A stretch of DNA of 64,000 bases from Syncephalis fuscata S228 (taxonomy: Eukaryota; Fungi; Zoopagomycota): NCBI GenBank assembly GCA_025786725.1, contig JAHLTZ010000001.1, forward strand, positions 496,001-560,000, given 5' to 3'. Position numbers and translations under genes: made by a program. The stretch's first letter is position 1. The number at the start of each line of letters is the position of its first letter. Positions 52,338 through 64,000 of the stretch are shown here, piece after piece. The notes under the pieces are model-generated. The model was not told the DNA's origin. It did not search any database and saw only the letters and a list, made by a program, of their open reading frames with translations.

Positions 52338-53587
52338 TTAGTTCTCCGTTGCGTATCGGTCCATCAATTCTTGTTTACGTCGTCGTACAAGGAATGCTTC
52401 AACATCTGCGGCTGTAGGCACATTAACATGTACACGGAATCCTTCTTTACCATTAATAAGTTCGGTGACCATATCATGAGTGCTATCGCGATCATTTGCC
52501 GTGGTAGTCGTTACTTCCATACTGTCGTCATATTGTTCCGTTAACTGTTTCCATACTAAATAATTGTTAATTAGCTACAAGTACAGCCATTTAATCAATT
52601 CATTTTACTCTATTATTACCTTCTGCAGATTGTTTCTTTTCATAGTCTACCAATTGCTCGTCCTCTTCATCTCTATAGCCGTAATAATCGGCATCGACTC
52701 GTTTGTACAGATCAAGTTCAACTTTGGGTGCTGGCTCTATTGCTAAAAATAGTATTATTTATGTAAATATTATAGATTGACTAGATTATTATATTATTTA
52801 TAATAAATGCCTACCTTGTGATTCCAGTAGTTCACGTACGCCTGGTAATTCTTTAGCACGTCCAAAATATCTATTAGGCAGTGGAGTAGCATTCAAGTTA
52901 AGTATTACATACTATTGTTTTTGGCTATTATCATTACTTACTTGTAGCCTCGGGTACCAGGAATCTCTCGACCTTCTGCATCAAGCATACGCGAAGCCAC
53001 ACGCTAATTACCACCAATGCTTATTAATTAACCCAATAAACAGCATCTATTTTATAATTACTGTGTAATCAGCACCACCTAAATCTTTAAGACGATGCTC
53101 CCAGGCTCGTTTAACACGCATCACTCGATTGATTTCATCGTTAAGTTCACGAATCTGTGACTCAGGTAGACCAACTAATAGCATTTGTTATTATCGTTGT
53201 TATTATATTGTATTAAATACAATAGACTACTATTTAGTATCGATTGAAATTACCATTTTGAATCTGTGATACTTTTCGTGAAATCTCTTGAATAAAGTGT
53301 TGTCGCCATTGTTCGGCTTCATTGGTGTTATTGCAACTACTAGCACGCGGTGGACGACGACCGCTTACGCTAATAACACCTGCCTCCGCCGCCTGTATTT
53401 GACGGAAGCGATGAAGCATCGATCTAGTTTCTAAGGTTAATGCTGGCGCCGATGATACTGCAGCAGTATAGTCGTGCGCGATAGCAATACTTACTGAGCC
53501 TTTTCTTGATTACGCGCCTAATCAGTTGAATATACCATAATAGATTACTATACGCGAATAGAACACATAAGCATAGCCACCTACCAT
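52338..53587 (-). CDS. ISY1: Pre-mRNA splicing factor ISY1, multi-exon
   Basis: M|ARNQEKAQ|SMLHRFR; [11 protein letters not shown]; [14 protein letters not shown]; [15 protein letters not shown]; [22 protein letters not shown]. Confidence 0.95.
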
Positions 53588-54041
53588 GACGAAAACCTTT
53601 AACTAAATACTAGCAATGATGATAAAAGTTGCCAACGATTATAGGAAAAAGCTATACTGTGTTAACAGTTAATAGTAGCTAGTGTTGATAATAAATAACA
53701 ATCATTACTATTATTGTCCCACAATCATTTGCCCATCCAATAGAACAACACTGTGTCAACTAGAGGCACTCGACTCTTTTCTATCTTTGTACTCAACCTG
53801 ACCACTTATTGTGAGCATACTTTGGCTTTACAAGCAATATAGAGTATGTCTTCTACATGGATCAGTAAGAACGAATGTAACTAATACGATGCAGATAGCT
53901 GGATTGTCTGGCGGCAATGGTATCTATATACCAATTGTAATTCAATGCCTGATACTCCTTACCAATTTGCTAACATCTCTATTAAATTAAAATAAATTAA
54001 ATCGACCAATATCAAATTATATTAACTAAAAAAGTAGTGTT

Positions 54042-57000
54042 TTATTCTATACTGTAGTTTTGGAACGCTTTGATTTTTTAGATTGTTTCTTAGTAGCGCT
54101 AATGGCATCCAATATGGTTGAAACATCACTATGGCTCTTTTTACTATGTCCATCGCGATCCTTCTTTTCTTTTCTTTTCCTTTTTCACTTCTTCATCCTT
54201 GGGTGCTAACACTTCAGTATTCTCATCAATAAATTCTCTTTTACGTTTATCGCTCTTTTTTGATGATTTAGCTGTTGATGACTCAGTTGGTGCAATGATT
54301 GGTGTGGCCATAGTAAATGATGTTTTAATTGGCTTATTTTCCTAATTCATATTATTATTAATCTATTAATATATTAGCCATCAATATTAACTACCTTGCC
54401 CGCTGATTGAATAATATCGGCAAATAGATTCTGTTTCCTCGATTGACCTTGTTGTTGTTGGCGCCATTGTTCACGTCGACGCTTAAATAGATCAATACGA
54501 CAGTTGCGTAAGATAAATTTGCCATGTACTGATGCGTATAACGTTTGCTCGTGAGCCAGCAATTCTTGAGCGATTACTTCCTATTACCATTATTGTTGTT
54601 TAAATATATATTAGGCTATTTAATAGCAGTTTACCTTATGTGATATATCTGCCACTGCCCAGTATTTATCAAGTATATGGCCGCCGTAACGATCAAGTGC
54701 CAATTGGTGCCAAGTACCCGTCCATTGTTCGGCCAATTTCCGTTTTGTCTTTTCTGATACAGTATCGACTGTAAAGAAGGCCTCCAATACACGAGAGGCA
54801 ATGGGATTATTTGTCCATTTTGATAAATGGTTTTTATCGAGTCCTAACAAACTGTACATTATGTGTAAGTGTATCTATTTCTCTTGCAGTCATTTCAAGC
54901 AAAACTGACCTATTAATTACAATACGATTACGCTCCTCGGGGAACTTCAATAGTGATTGTAGAATCAACGATCCTTGTATATGGAATCGAGAAATAGCAT
55001 ATGCTTTGTATTCCTGTAATAAATCGAATTAATAAAATGTATATATAGGTGTGTGTATATATACATTAAATATCACTTACCTCGAGTGTTTGTAAGCGGA
55101 TATAAGCTGATCCAAAATGAATATCATCATCGCGTGATTGTATTTTGATTGCTTCCTTTAACCCTTTAACAACACCTTTATGTCCACAGTCTAGCTTAAT
55201 ACAAGCCTCAACGGCACTGCGCAATACACCTGGACGTGTTTTATACAGACTGGGGAATAGTGGAACAATTTCTGCCAGTACCAGTTCCAACTGCTGTGGT
55301 CCATTGCAGGCAGGCATTAAGCGTTGTACCACAAAATTGGCCACTGGATCCTGACATAATTCTTGGAGTTTGCCACGGAATACAGCATTAAATATACGGG
55401 TAAATACGGTAGGAGATGAATTCTAGTTGATACTGTTACACTCTATATTAAACACATAAACTATACTTACTTCAATTAGTCGTTCCAATAAATGTGATCC
55501 AACCCGATCTCTGGTTAAAGTCGATAAATAACGAACACTGTCGCGGTAATGCGTAGACGACTCGTCTATAATAATAGTATATTAGTTGTATGTTTTGTTT
55601 ATACACATCTGTAGTACCTTGCTCTAATCCAAGTAGAAAGCGATCCATAAACGAGTCGCCTGGTAATTGAATGTATTTATTTTTTTGAAAATCCAATATC
55701 AGCTATACTATATAATTAGTAGTTGATTCTATCGGATTACGCATTTATCTAGACAATCTATTTACCTGAAGTACAGGATTGGCCATGGCATCAAATGAGA
55801 GATCCCGCAATTTTGTAACATTTAAATCACTGATCATTTGCAATACTAGTGTATTAAGCATTTCCTTAAATACTACTGGTACTTTAAGCTTATCCAATGG
55901 TGCGTTCTATTTCCATTGTTAGTTGGTTAAATACAATAGTTAAAAAATTGTATTGTATTGTATATATATACCTTTTTTCCATCAACTATATGATGAGTGG
56001 AGAATTGAGCGGAACGTTTACTGCGTAGACCACCGTGATTATTGCTATTAGGTGCAGTATTGTTTGCCGTATCATCTACAATTGGTTTACCGGCCAGTAT
56101 ATAGAATAAAGAGCGAATAACATGAGAGCCAAATACATCCATTGTCAAAGGAACTAAGTGTGGAGATAGTTGTTTCAGTATATCTAATAGACATGTAGCC
56201 ATTTCTGATGTATCTTCTTCATCCTGTGCCGCTCGACCTTGACGTAATTCCTAATAGTATATCATTGTTATTGTTGCAAATTAATTACTAGCATGTCGTT
56301 GTTGTTTTACCTTATCAATCATAAGTGCGGCTTGTTTCAATAAAGTTTGACATCCATGGGATGCAAATCGATGCGATACAACATCAAGTAGTCTATCGTC
56401 AAAAATCAATATGTATTAATATTTATGCCAGTCCATTTATACAAAAATTAATTAATCAGTTAATTACCGTTCTCGAACAATATGCAATAAATTAAGAATT
56501 TGTGTGGCATCTGACATAATAAACAATTTCTCTAACGTAACCGAGCTAATAGGATCACCGAGTAATTTAAGTTCATGATCGGCAATTTCATTGTAGACAT
56601 TTTGCAGAAATACTTGTCGTTCTATTCATTGCTACGTATAAGAGATTTGGATTATATAGCAATTATTACTTACCCTCTTCATCTTGTAGTTGCTCGCCAT
56701 CAATTACCTCATTTACTCCATTTAGATACTCTTGTAGTGCCTCACTGATCAAACCAAAGTTTATCTGAGGTGCCGTTTCTCGTGAATTCGACATAGGAGC
56801 AGACGATCTGCCGGCACGTCTTTCATCGCGCCTATCATTAGAATCGACTTCATCGCCGTCTCTACCGCGTTCTTCTCCTCAACGCTTGTCTCCTCGGCCT
56901 CCTCGGTCTGGCCAGCCGTGTCAACAAATATCTCTAGACGGCGTTTTTCTCGTTGCTCTGGGTCGTAATAAGCCTCAAGCTCACGATTCTCGGCCCGCTT

Positions 57001-57057
57001 ATCTTCATCCCTCTTTTTAATACCACGTCTGGCACGTCGATTACTGTGCTTGGCCAT
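54042..57057 (-). CDS. NOP9: Nucleolar Pumilio-repeat protein NOP9, multi-exon
   Basis: Basic N-terminus; PUF-like repeats SHRFASHGCQTL, MDVFGSHVIRSL, DPVANFVVQRL, NPIASRVLEAF and DRYGGHILDK; GKFILRNCRIDLFKRRREQW. Confidence 0.9.
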
Positions 57058-57716
57058 CGTTTGCTTGTTTGTTCGTATTCACGGTGATGCAGCAACAGAA
57101 TGCGAAAAACAGAAAGATGAAAAAGTTTTTTTTATTTTTTTTAGTACACACATACACACAAATTTATAATAACTTGTATCTATATTTTAATTAATTAAAA
57201 ATTACTTAGACTTGTTTGTGAAATAAGCTGTCTATATACTGCAGTCAATATATTGTTAGAAAATATAATTAAGTAGTTTAATGAATTTATAGATGTACTA
57301 TAATATTATGCTAATTATAAATATTCAAATCATTGTAAAACTTATCAAAATGATATGTACAATGCGGAACGAACCAAATAAACAATACATCCGTAGATTT
57401 GGTCAGATTAAAAACACTGCCATAGCAATTAATGCTAAATTGATCTTGGAAATGGGCGTTGAACACCGACCGTTCATTGGGATTTGAAAGGGATATTAAG
57501 GCATAACAGTTACACCGATAGACCACTTCCAAAAGTATACTGAATATTACACATATAGCTGTGACACCGATTTGCCCTTTTCACTAGTGTGGAGTAAATC
57601 CAAAAATAATTTACCCATAACTAAGCGCATTGCTGTATCGCCTCTATTTGGTAATAATAATATTTATATGCTTAGATTAAATACTATAGTTAACAGTTAT
57701 TTAATTAATGTTTTAT

Positions 57717-59012
57717 TTAGTGCTGCATCTTAGATACAGCAAATGGCAGAATAAACTGCTTGTAATACGGTACTGATTCTTGAAGTGTGCGAATTGGTGT
57801 GAATCGATCTTTTGGATTTGGCATCATTAAATCTTCTAGGAAATCCATTAAATCAGGAATTCCAAATGTATCGGCATAGTTTATCAAATGTGGTGGAATA
57901 TGGATTGGCGTATAATTGTGCTTATTTTCTTTAAGAACTTTTAGTATAATATCTCTTGTGTCGACGTATGTCATTGCACTGACAGCGCCATTTGCTAAAA
58001 GACGTTCTCCATATGGATTCAAGTTGTCAATGTAGGTACGCATAGTTGCCGCAATAGACCACGAGTCGGTCTTAATCAAATCAATTATGGGTGGATTACT
58101 GAAAAACTCGTAAACTGTTGCAGGCGTAAAAGTTTCTGGACTACAATAGCCAAGTGTTCTGCAATGCATGGGCTGTTTCGGACCGATGGATAGATCAAGT
58201 GCTAGATCAAAATCTATTATTTTGATGGCTGGCTTTCTTCTGGATGTTAAATGAACGATAATATCTGTAAAATAATTAGTTAAGGAAAGTTGTATAAGTA
58301 CAATTAATAACTCACTTTCTGGTTTTATATCAGTATGGGCAATGTTTATACAATGGAGATATGCAACACCTGACATACAGTTAATAAAAGCTATAGTAGA
58401 TGCAATTCTTACTCACCTGTCAATAGCTGGTTTAGTATTGGAAATGCATTTTTGTAAATAGTGGTCAAGTCGGTATTTTCGATATAATCTGCAAGGTCCT
58501 GAACATTCTCTTCACTGGACATAACAATGCAGTTGTAGCCGTTTCTCGTTGAAAAGTTGTCATAGTGCTGTATGATATAGTCGGTGGGATTTTCCAACTT
58601 CAAACACTCCTTCTGCTCAGGCTTAAGCTTTGCATTTTTAATTTTCTAGAATATCTATTGTGAATATACGTAGAAATAGAGCCAGTCTACCTACCATGAG
58701 TATATTTAGTTCTTTTTTATAAATATTTTCTTTTTGTGAACATTTCAGAAATGCTGGCTTTCCATTAAATGTTACTATGGATGTATATAGCCACTCTTTT
58801 TCCTGCTTCATCCTTGTTTTGAAAATTAGTTCTTTACGCGGCTCGATGACTGGAGGGTCGTTATGGATTGGCAATTGTGACGAAATATAACCGTCCAAGG
58901 TGACCCTTGACTGTCTTTGTTTTGGTATAGAATTATTGGCATAGGCTAGCAGGTCATTGTTTAGAATAGCGACGGCGCATATTATTGTCGTAAACGAAAC
59001 GTTCCACAGCAT
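57717..59012 (-). CDS. Signal-peptide-bearing divergent protein kinase-like protein, three introns
   Basis: Hydrophobic N-terminus MLWNVSFTTIICAVAILNNDLLAYA; AFLKC (VAIK lysine); GVAYLH..NIAHTDIKPE; KIIDFD; TLGYCSPE; KTDSWS; PNPKDRFT. Confidence 0.82.
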
Positions 59013-60905
59013 TATTATTGGATGGTTGTGGTAATAATGAAAAACAATTGAATTATAATTATAGACCAATAGAGCTGGTTTCAAGGTGAATTTATAGCAA
59101 AAAGCAATGTAAACATTACCATATAAACATTCGGTTTATTGTCAGGTGCTTAATGAATTGGCTATATCAGTTTATTATGATTTCCATTTAAGCGCTATTT
59201 ACATGCTATTTGCTATTCCGTTTTTATTTCGGTTGCTGTTAAAACTCCTAAACCACCATGCGGCGGATGTTTAAAAATATAAAATTCTCAAAATTATTAT
59301 ATAACAAAGGAAATTAAAGCATGCGAGTGAAACAAAAGCGCATGTATCAGTCACGAGCTGCGTGGTAAACACCGCCAATTATGTTTATGGAGCGCACTAC
59401 ACGTGAAACTAACAGGTTTATTTTTATTTTTACTTGTATTTTACGTGAGAACCATCTAAATGCATCAACTGCCCTTTAAGCACGAGTAGCTAAAATCAAA
59501 TATCCTGTTTTAATTAAAAAATTAATACTTTTAATACTTTTGCAGAATGTTAATAAATGCCGTTTAACGATTAGTGTAAAGTTCATCAAATGATACCGAT
59601 GGCCGGCTATGCTATTGTAAAATGACAATTAGTAATGCACCAAATTAAATCACTATGAATTATTGCAAATCACCTCAATAATTAGTAATCGCTTCACATA
59701 GACTCGATTAGTTGGGAATACAAGGCATCATGCATTTTAAGCGACAAAGTATCAAATAATCTAAAATATTTATTGTAAAACACATAATGGATTACTAGAA
59801 CTGTATAGAATTCTACAAATTGGCTTACATCCTGCAATGTTAAATTTATCAACCAATTTCAAGACTTACTGTTAGGCAATGAGCATATTGCCACCATAAT
59901 CCTGATACAAAGACGTTTCAGCTGATAAAAACTGATCATGAGCCTGAAGCACAGCGTTAGATATAGAGACTTAATACAAATTCAAAGTATCGTTTGTGAT
60001 GTTGGTAATTATCAAGGATTCTATTTACAATGGCACTTGTAAACAAGGTTGCAAATATCAGAACATAAGAAATTCTTTGGTTGTTAGGCTGAAGCACTGC
60101 GTGTTCCGTGCTAGCTCGGGGATAATTAGGCCTGGACTTGCTCGCCTATAGCGCATTACCCATTTGCGAAACTTGCGCCCCTTAAATAATACTGCCATGG
60201 TTTCGAGTCAAAGCCGAAGGCAACACTGCGTCATAAACCATCACCAGCACGACCTAATCAACGTTGCTTTGTACACATTAGACCTTCGGTGAAATGAACA
60301 TATGTGGGCCTATATTCACAACTTAGTCAATGCATTCTACTTTTATTTTTGCTTTCATTACCATCCAATAAAGTTCTAGACTAGACTACATAATTTACTC
60401 ATTGTGTCCAAATGTAGTATATCATTTTCGCGTGTTTTTTACTTCGCGTTTATTATACATTTTTTGATTTTAAAGGGGTAGGGCCTTGAAATTACCGAAA
60501 TCCGAGTTGTCGCACTGGTGGTACAATTCGTCGGCATGAAGGATCAGCAGTGTTGGTGCGCATTGTACACTACAATCAGATTCTGGCGCTTTAATCGAAA
60601 TTAACTGCACAGTGTACCGCGAAACCTGGGCTGTCTATTGATTGGCAAGATTGATAAACGCTCTTTTACATGACTAGCAAAATCTACTAAGGACTTGGTG
60701 GATACACACATACACATACTCACACAAAACCATGTGACTAATAGTTATGGGGTCCAGACTATGTTTCTAAAATGAATTTAATACGGCTCTTGGCGAACAA
60801 TTATTTCATTTGTAGCCATCATTTCTTTATTTTCAGTATTCATTTTTTTCAATCAACGCACGGTAAACGACATTAAGTAAACCAGCAATTTTAAAATTTT
60901 GTTAA

Positions 60906-62183
60906 ATGACCTATTCAGGCACCACACTTAACAAATTATGCTTTGCCACCATAAGCGGATTAACATGTGCTGACAAACAGCCACTTATTTTGGTTCTTTC
61001 CTCGTCACTTGTGCTAAACGTAGTTGTCTTGGCCTTCTGCTTTTTTGTTATATTTCACCGCTACCAATATGGCCTATTCAACCTCTACTACCGACGAGTC
61101 AATGGATATCTGATTCCCAGACCCGTTGACAGTCTTATAACAACAATTGCCGTTATGAAATTTCTTCAAATTGTGGCATCGACGCTTACATTAGTGGATT
61201 GGAAACCGACGCTAAACGCCACTTGGGCAGTCCATCTAATATCAGGAGGTTTGCACTCAATCGCAATTGTACACTTTATTGCGGGCATTATAGTGTACTT
61301 TCCCCCATCACTTACTCGAACTACAATAAGCAACAAAAAGACTAGTCAGCCATTCAACAACACATTAACAAACCAAAACTCAAATGCCAGTAGTATTTAC
61401 AGCTACAAAGCCTACGTGCCATCAATATCAATTCTGTTTTGGTTTACGACATTCTATACCGTTTTCATTTTAGGATCTGGCATTGGCGTTGGCATTTGGG
61501 TAACCATAGTCAAATATGAAGAGGAATCTGAAGAATCGAACAAGATTGAATTATTTTTGACCGTTATTGTAATGCTGAGCTGTGTTATAGTTTCAATAAT
61601 ATGCTCCTACTATTGCTATGCATTCTACAGAATTGTAAATATTTACAACAGTAGTTTGTTCGACAATATTGGGAATAGCCAAAGTGAAAAGAATATGGCT
61701 CGTGATTATCGTGACATTTTCATGGCTATCCTTTCAACATTCCTATTAGCTATTTCATTTGTAATGGTTGCCGAGCTTTTTGAAGATGCTATTGCTAAAA
61801 GCCTAATACTCTACATGATAATCATCTTTCTGGAAGAAGGACTCGTGTACAACATAGTCTATGTTGCCATGTTACTTATTGCTTTTCGCAGCTCAAAAAA
61901 CCAAATTCGATCTTTGAATGAAGCTATAGAAAATAGCAATGATTATACAGAGGTGCAGTTGTCGGTATCCGAGGCATTCGACACAAAGACTGAACGTAAC
62001 TCTTACAGCAGCTTTTTGCCCTTTAACCCGACATCAGACGTTAATGCTATATGGCATACTTTTATTCCTTATGAACATCAGTTGGATGCCACATCCACTA
62101 CAAGCCCACGCACAATAATGACTACGTCAGACTGCAATCATTTGACTTTCAGCCCGATGAGCACATTTTTACTGCGTCATTAA
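60906..62183 (+). CDS. Intronless seven-TM membrane protein (GPCR-like), unrelated to the copy A-D family
   Basis: 425-aa ORF with about seven hydrophobic segments and a Ser/Thr-rich tail. Confidence 0.75.
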   Translation: MTYSGTTLNKLCFATISGLTCADKQPLILVLSSSLVLNVVVLAFCFFVIFHRYQYGLFNLYYRRVNGYLIPRPVDSLITTIAVMKFLQIVASTLTLVDWKPTLNATWAVHLISGGLHSIAIVHFIAGIIVYFPPSLTRTTISNKKTSQPFNNTLTNQNSNASSIYSYKAYVPSISILFWFTTFYTVFILGSGIGVGIWVTIVKYEEESEESNKIELFLTVIVMLSCVIVSIICSYYCYAFYRIVNIYNSSLFDNIGNSQSEKNMARDYRDIFMAILSTFLLAISFVMVAELFEDAIAKSLILYMIIIFLEEGLVYNIVYVAMLLIAFRSSKNQIRSLNEAIENSNDYTEVQLSVSEAFDTKTERNSYSSFLPFNPTSDVNAIWHTFIPYEHQLDATSTTSPRTIMTTSDCNHLTFSPMSTFLLRH

Positions 62184-63147
62184 CGGTCGTCATAGCATAG
62201 TTGCTAATACAGCAGCTGTATCTTATTCATAGACTTTACCTGTATTATATTTCAAATTTATACTTTACTTTTTCCTTGTTTTAAGCACATTTTTGCTTAA
62301 AATTAAACATAAACTATTCATTTTATTAATCGATTGCAAATAAAACATTGTTCAATTATACTAAATAGTTACTTAATTATAAATTTGATTTTAATAATAT
62401 TATAATATCATCAGTATGATGATGTGACATTGACCAACCAACCAAGTGCGAGGAGAAAATATAAAAAGTTTAAGCAATAGTGTTAAGTGGTTGTAATACC
62501 ATTGAAGCTCTAATAAGAGTTACATAACATAAAATATGTGGAAAAGAAAATTTTGTACACCAAATGCGACAAAGCTTAAATTAAAACTCCGCTTATTTAT
62601 GTATTTTAGTAAATTGTAACAGTATTTTTATGCTGATTGCAAAAACACGCATATTGTCTAGTTTATTAATTATGCTATATCTTTAAATAAGTATATTGTT
62701 ATGTTTTCAATTATTATACTGTGTCTTTTAATTTAGTTATTTATGTTGCTGTAATCTTTAAATTGATAATTTATTAATGAACTCAATAGTTGAATAAATA
62801 TATGTTTAATAGAATATCATTTAATGCACTCTTGTCTAAAATTATAATATAATTTTGAAAAACAAGGTGGTTTGGTTGAAAAGTTCTAGCAAAGTCTAGA
62901 ATATGGTGGAAAAATCCGATTTGCTTATTAATTATTGTCACTTCCTAATTAGGAAATGCTTAGTAAAGTGATTGTGGAGTAAAGCAGCAATATTCCATTA
63001 ACTTCTAAAATGCTGTAGCAATATGAATCGCAATATATTCAATTGATGTATAAATAGCTGTAATGTGTAGGCGATAATATTCAATTCAGCATCTCAATTC
63101 AATAAGCAACATTTATTCCCAATTTCAGCTACTCTTTCTTTGATAAC

Positions 63148-64000
63148 ATGAAAATGTCCACTGCTATTACCGTCAAGATTTTGCAAGGGCCAATTGCCCG
63201 TCGCTTCACCGTCCCAGGCACTGTGACTTGGAATGAACTTGCCACCAATGTCAAGTCACTGTTTCCCAAGATTGCTGTCGTTGAGGATATTCAGCTTTCT
63301 TACGTGGACGACGATGGCGACCAAGTTATATTCAATACGGACATTGAATTAAACGAGGCCCTTCAACAAGCTGTGACAACTGGCAATAAAAAAGCTGTCA
63401 GATTCTGGCTAGTTGAAAACAATAACAGCCTAGATCACTCCAGTGCTGCTTCTGTAGCCTCATTTGAGCCATTGCTACTATCGAGTGCTGAAGACGACAG
63501 AGTACCCGCATTGGTGCCAAGTTCAGAACAAGCAAATGAAGCATCTGCCACTGTCGACCCTACCGCTGATGCAGTCTGGGTTTTAGCAGAGCCAGCTGAT
63601 GAAGCTGCCAGGAAAGACTCAGTTGGCATTGCTACCGATAGCAAAGGCAAACAACCAAGCGAAAATGTGGACGAAGAAGAGAATGCTGTTGATTACAACC
63701 CATTCACTAGTGTAGAAAGCAACGTTGACATCAATATTGCACCAACTATTGATGTAGAGCAATCAATTGACGATATCAATGAAGCATTAGCCAACAGCCT
63801 CAATACTGCCGATATCAACAATCAAGAAGATGATGCTACGACCAAATCGTCTAGCAATGAAAACACAACTGAAGCCGACAAAGAAGAAGAGAAGGAAGAA
63901 GAAGAAGAAGAAGAAACACTAATAGAGGCATTGCTAAGTGATGTTCTAAGCGCAGTCTTTAATCTTAAGCTAGGCAGCAGCGAAGAAGAAGAAAAGCTCC
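63148..64000 (+). CDS. PB1-domain protein with acidic low-complexity region (runs off the window end)
   Basis: MKMSTAITVKILQGPIARRFTV...IQLSYVDDDGDQVIFNTDIELNEAL contains the PB1 conserved Lys and the OPCA motif YxDxDGD; the frame is open to the window end. Confidence 0.85.
   Translation, partial: MKMSTAITVKILQGPIARRFTVPGTVTWNELATNVKSLFPKIAVVEDIQLSYVDDDGDQVIFNTDIELNEALQQAVTTGNKKAVRFWLVENNNSLDHSSAASVASFEPLLLSSAEDDRVPALVPSSEQANEASATVDPTADAVWVLAEPADEAARKDSVGIATDSKGKQPSENVDEEENAVDYNPFTSVESNVDINIAPTIDVEQSIDDINEALANSLNTADINNQEDDATTKSSSNENTTEADKEEEKEEEEEEETLIEALLSDVLSAVFNLKLGSSEEEEKL

Noticed and set aside
53750-53870. Possible H/ACA snoRNA (hairpin gcatactt...agagtatgt followed by ACA) between ISY1 and NOP9
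   Set aside because: Only one convincing hairpin and no clear H box; not supportable without a covariance-model search.

Overview
AT-rich eukaryotic (fungal) genomic DNA with short GT-AG introns. The gene content (tandem M36 fungalysins, a signal-peptide kinase, an expanded 7TM-like family, an F-box-like orphan) suggests an early-diverging, probably parasitic fungus such as a Zoopagomycota/Syncephalis-like species; this is inference. Housekeeping genes: TRP1, ECHS1, HTS1, an RNF5-like E3 ligase, a Yra1/ALY-like RRM protein, ERG26, RPS22, a TMEM70-like protein, KAP104, ISY1 and NOP9. Many genes carry single-base frameshifts that look like consensus errors. The main discovery is that the ~80-bp 'satellite' at 35.5-38.3 kb, which the ORF track misses, reads on the minus strand as an array of spliceosomal introns separated by 34 micro-exons (33 of 3 nt, one of 6 nt), all phase 1. 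Joined to a signal-peptide exon upstream and an AA-TAA terminal exon downstream, they give a stop-free 67-aa precursor: MKLSIAVICTIVVALVASTAMVDANPALVRR|GSVAECKTCLSHCTRGGDTRKYCKIHCSHNYFPAQC. This is a secreted six-Cys peptide encoded about one codon per exon. Two paralogs share the promoter and signal exon: an intronless one (27550-27885) encoding Kex2-type amphipathic peptides with a homologous 3' UTR, and a truncated one (442-535). Splicing of the array is predicted from sequence only and needs transcript confirmation.
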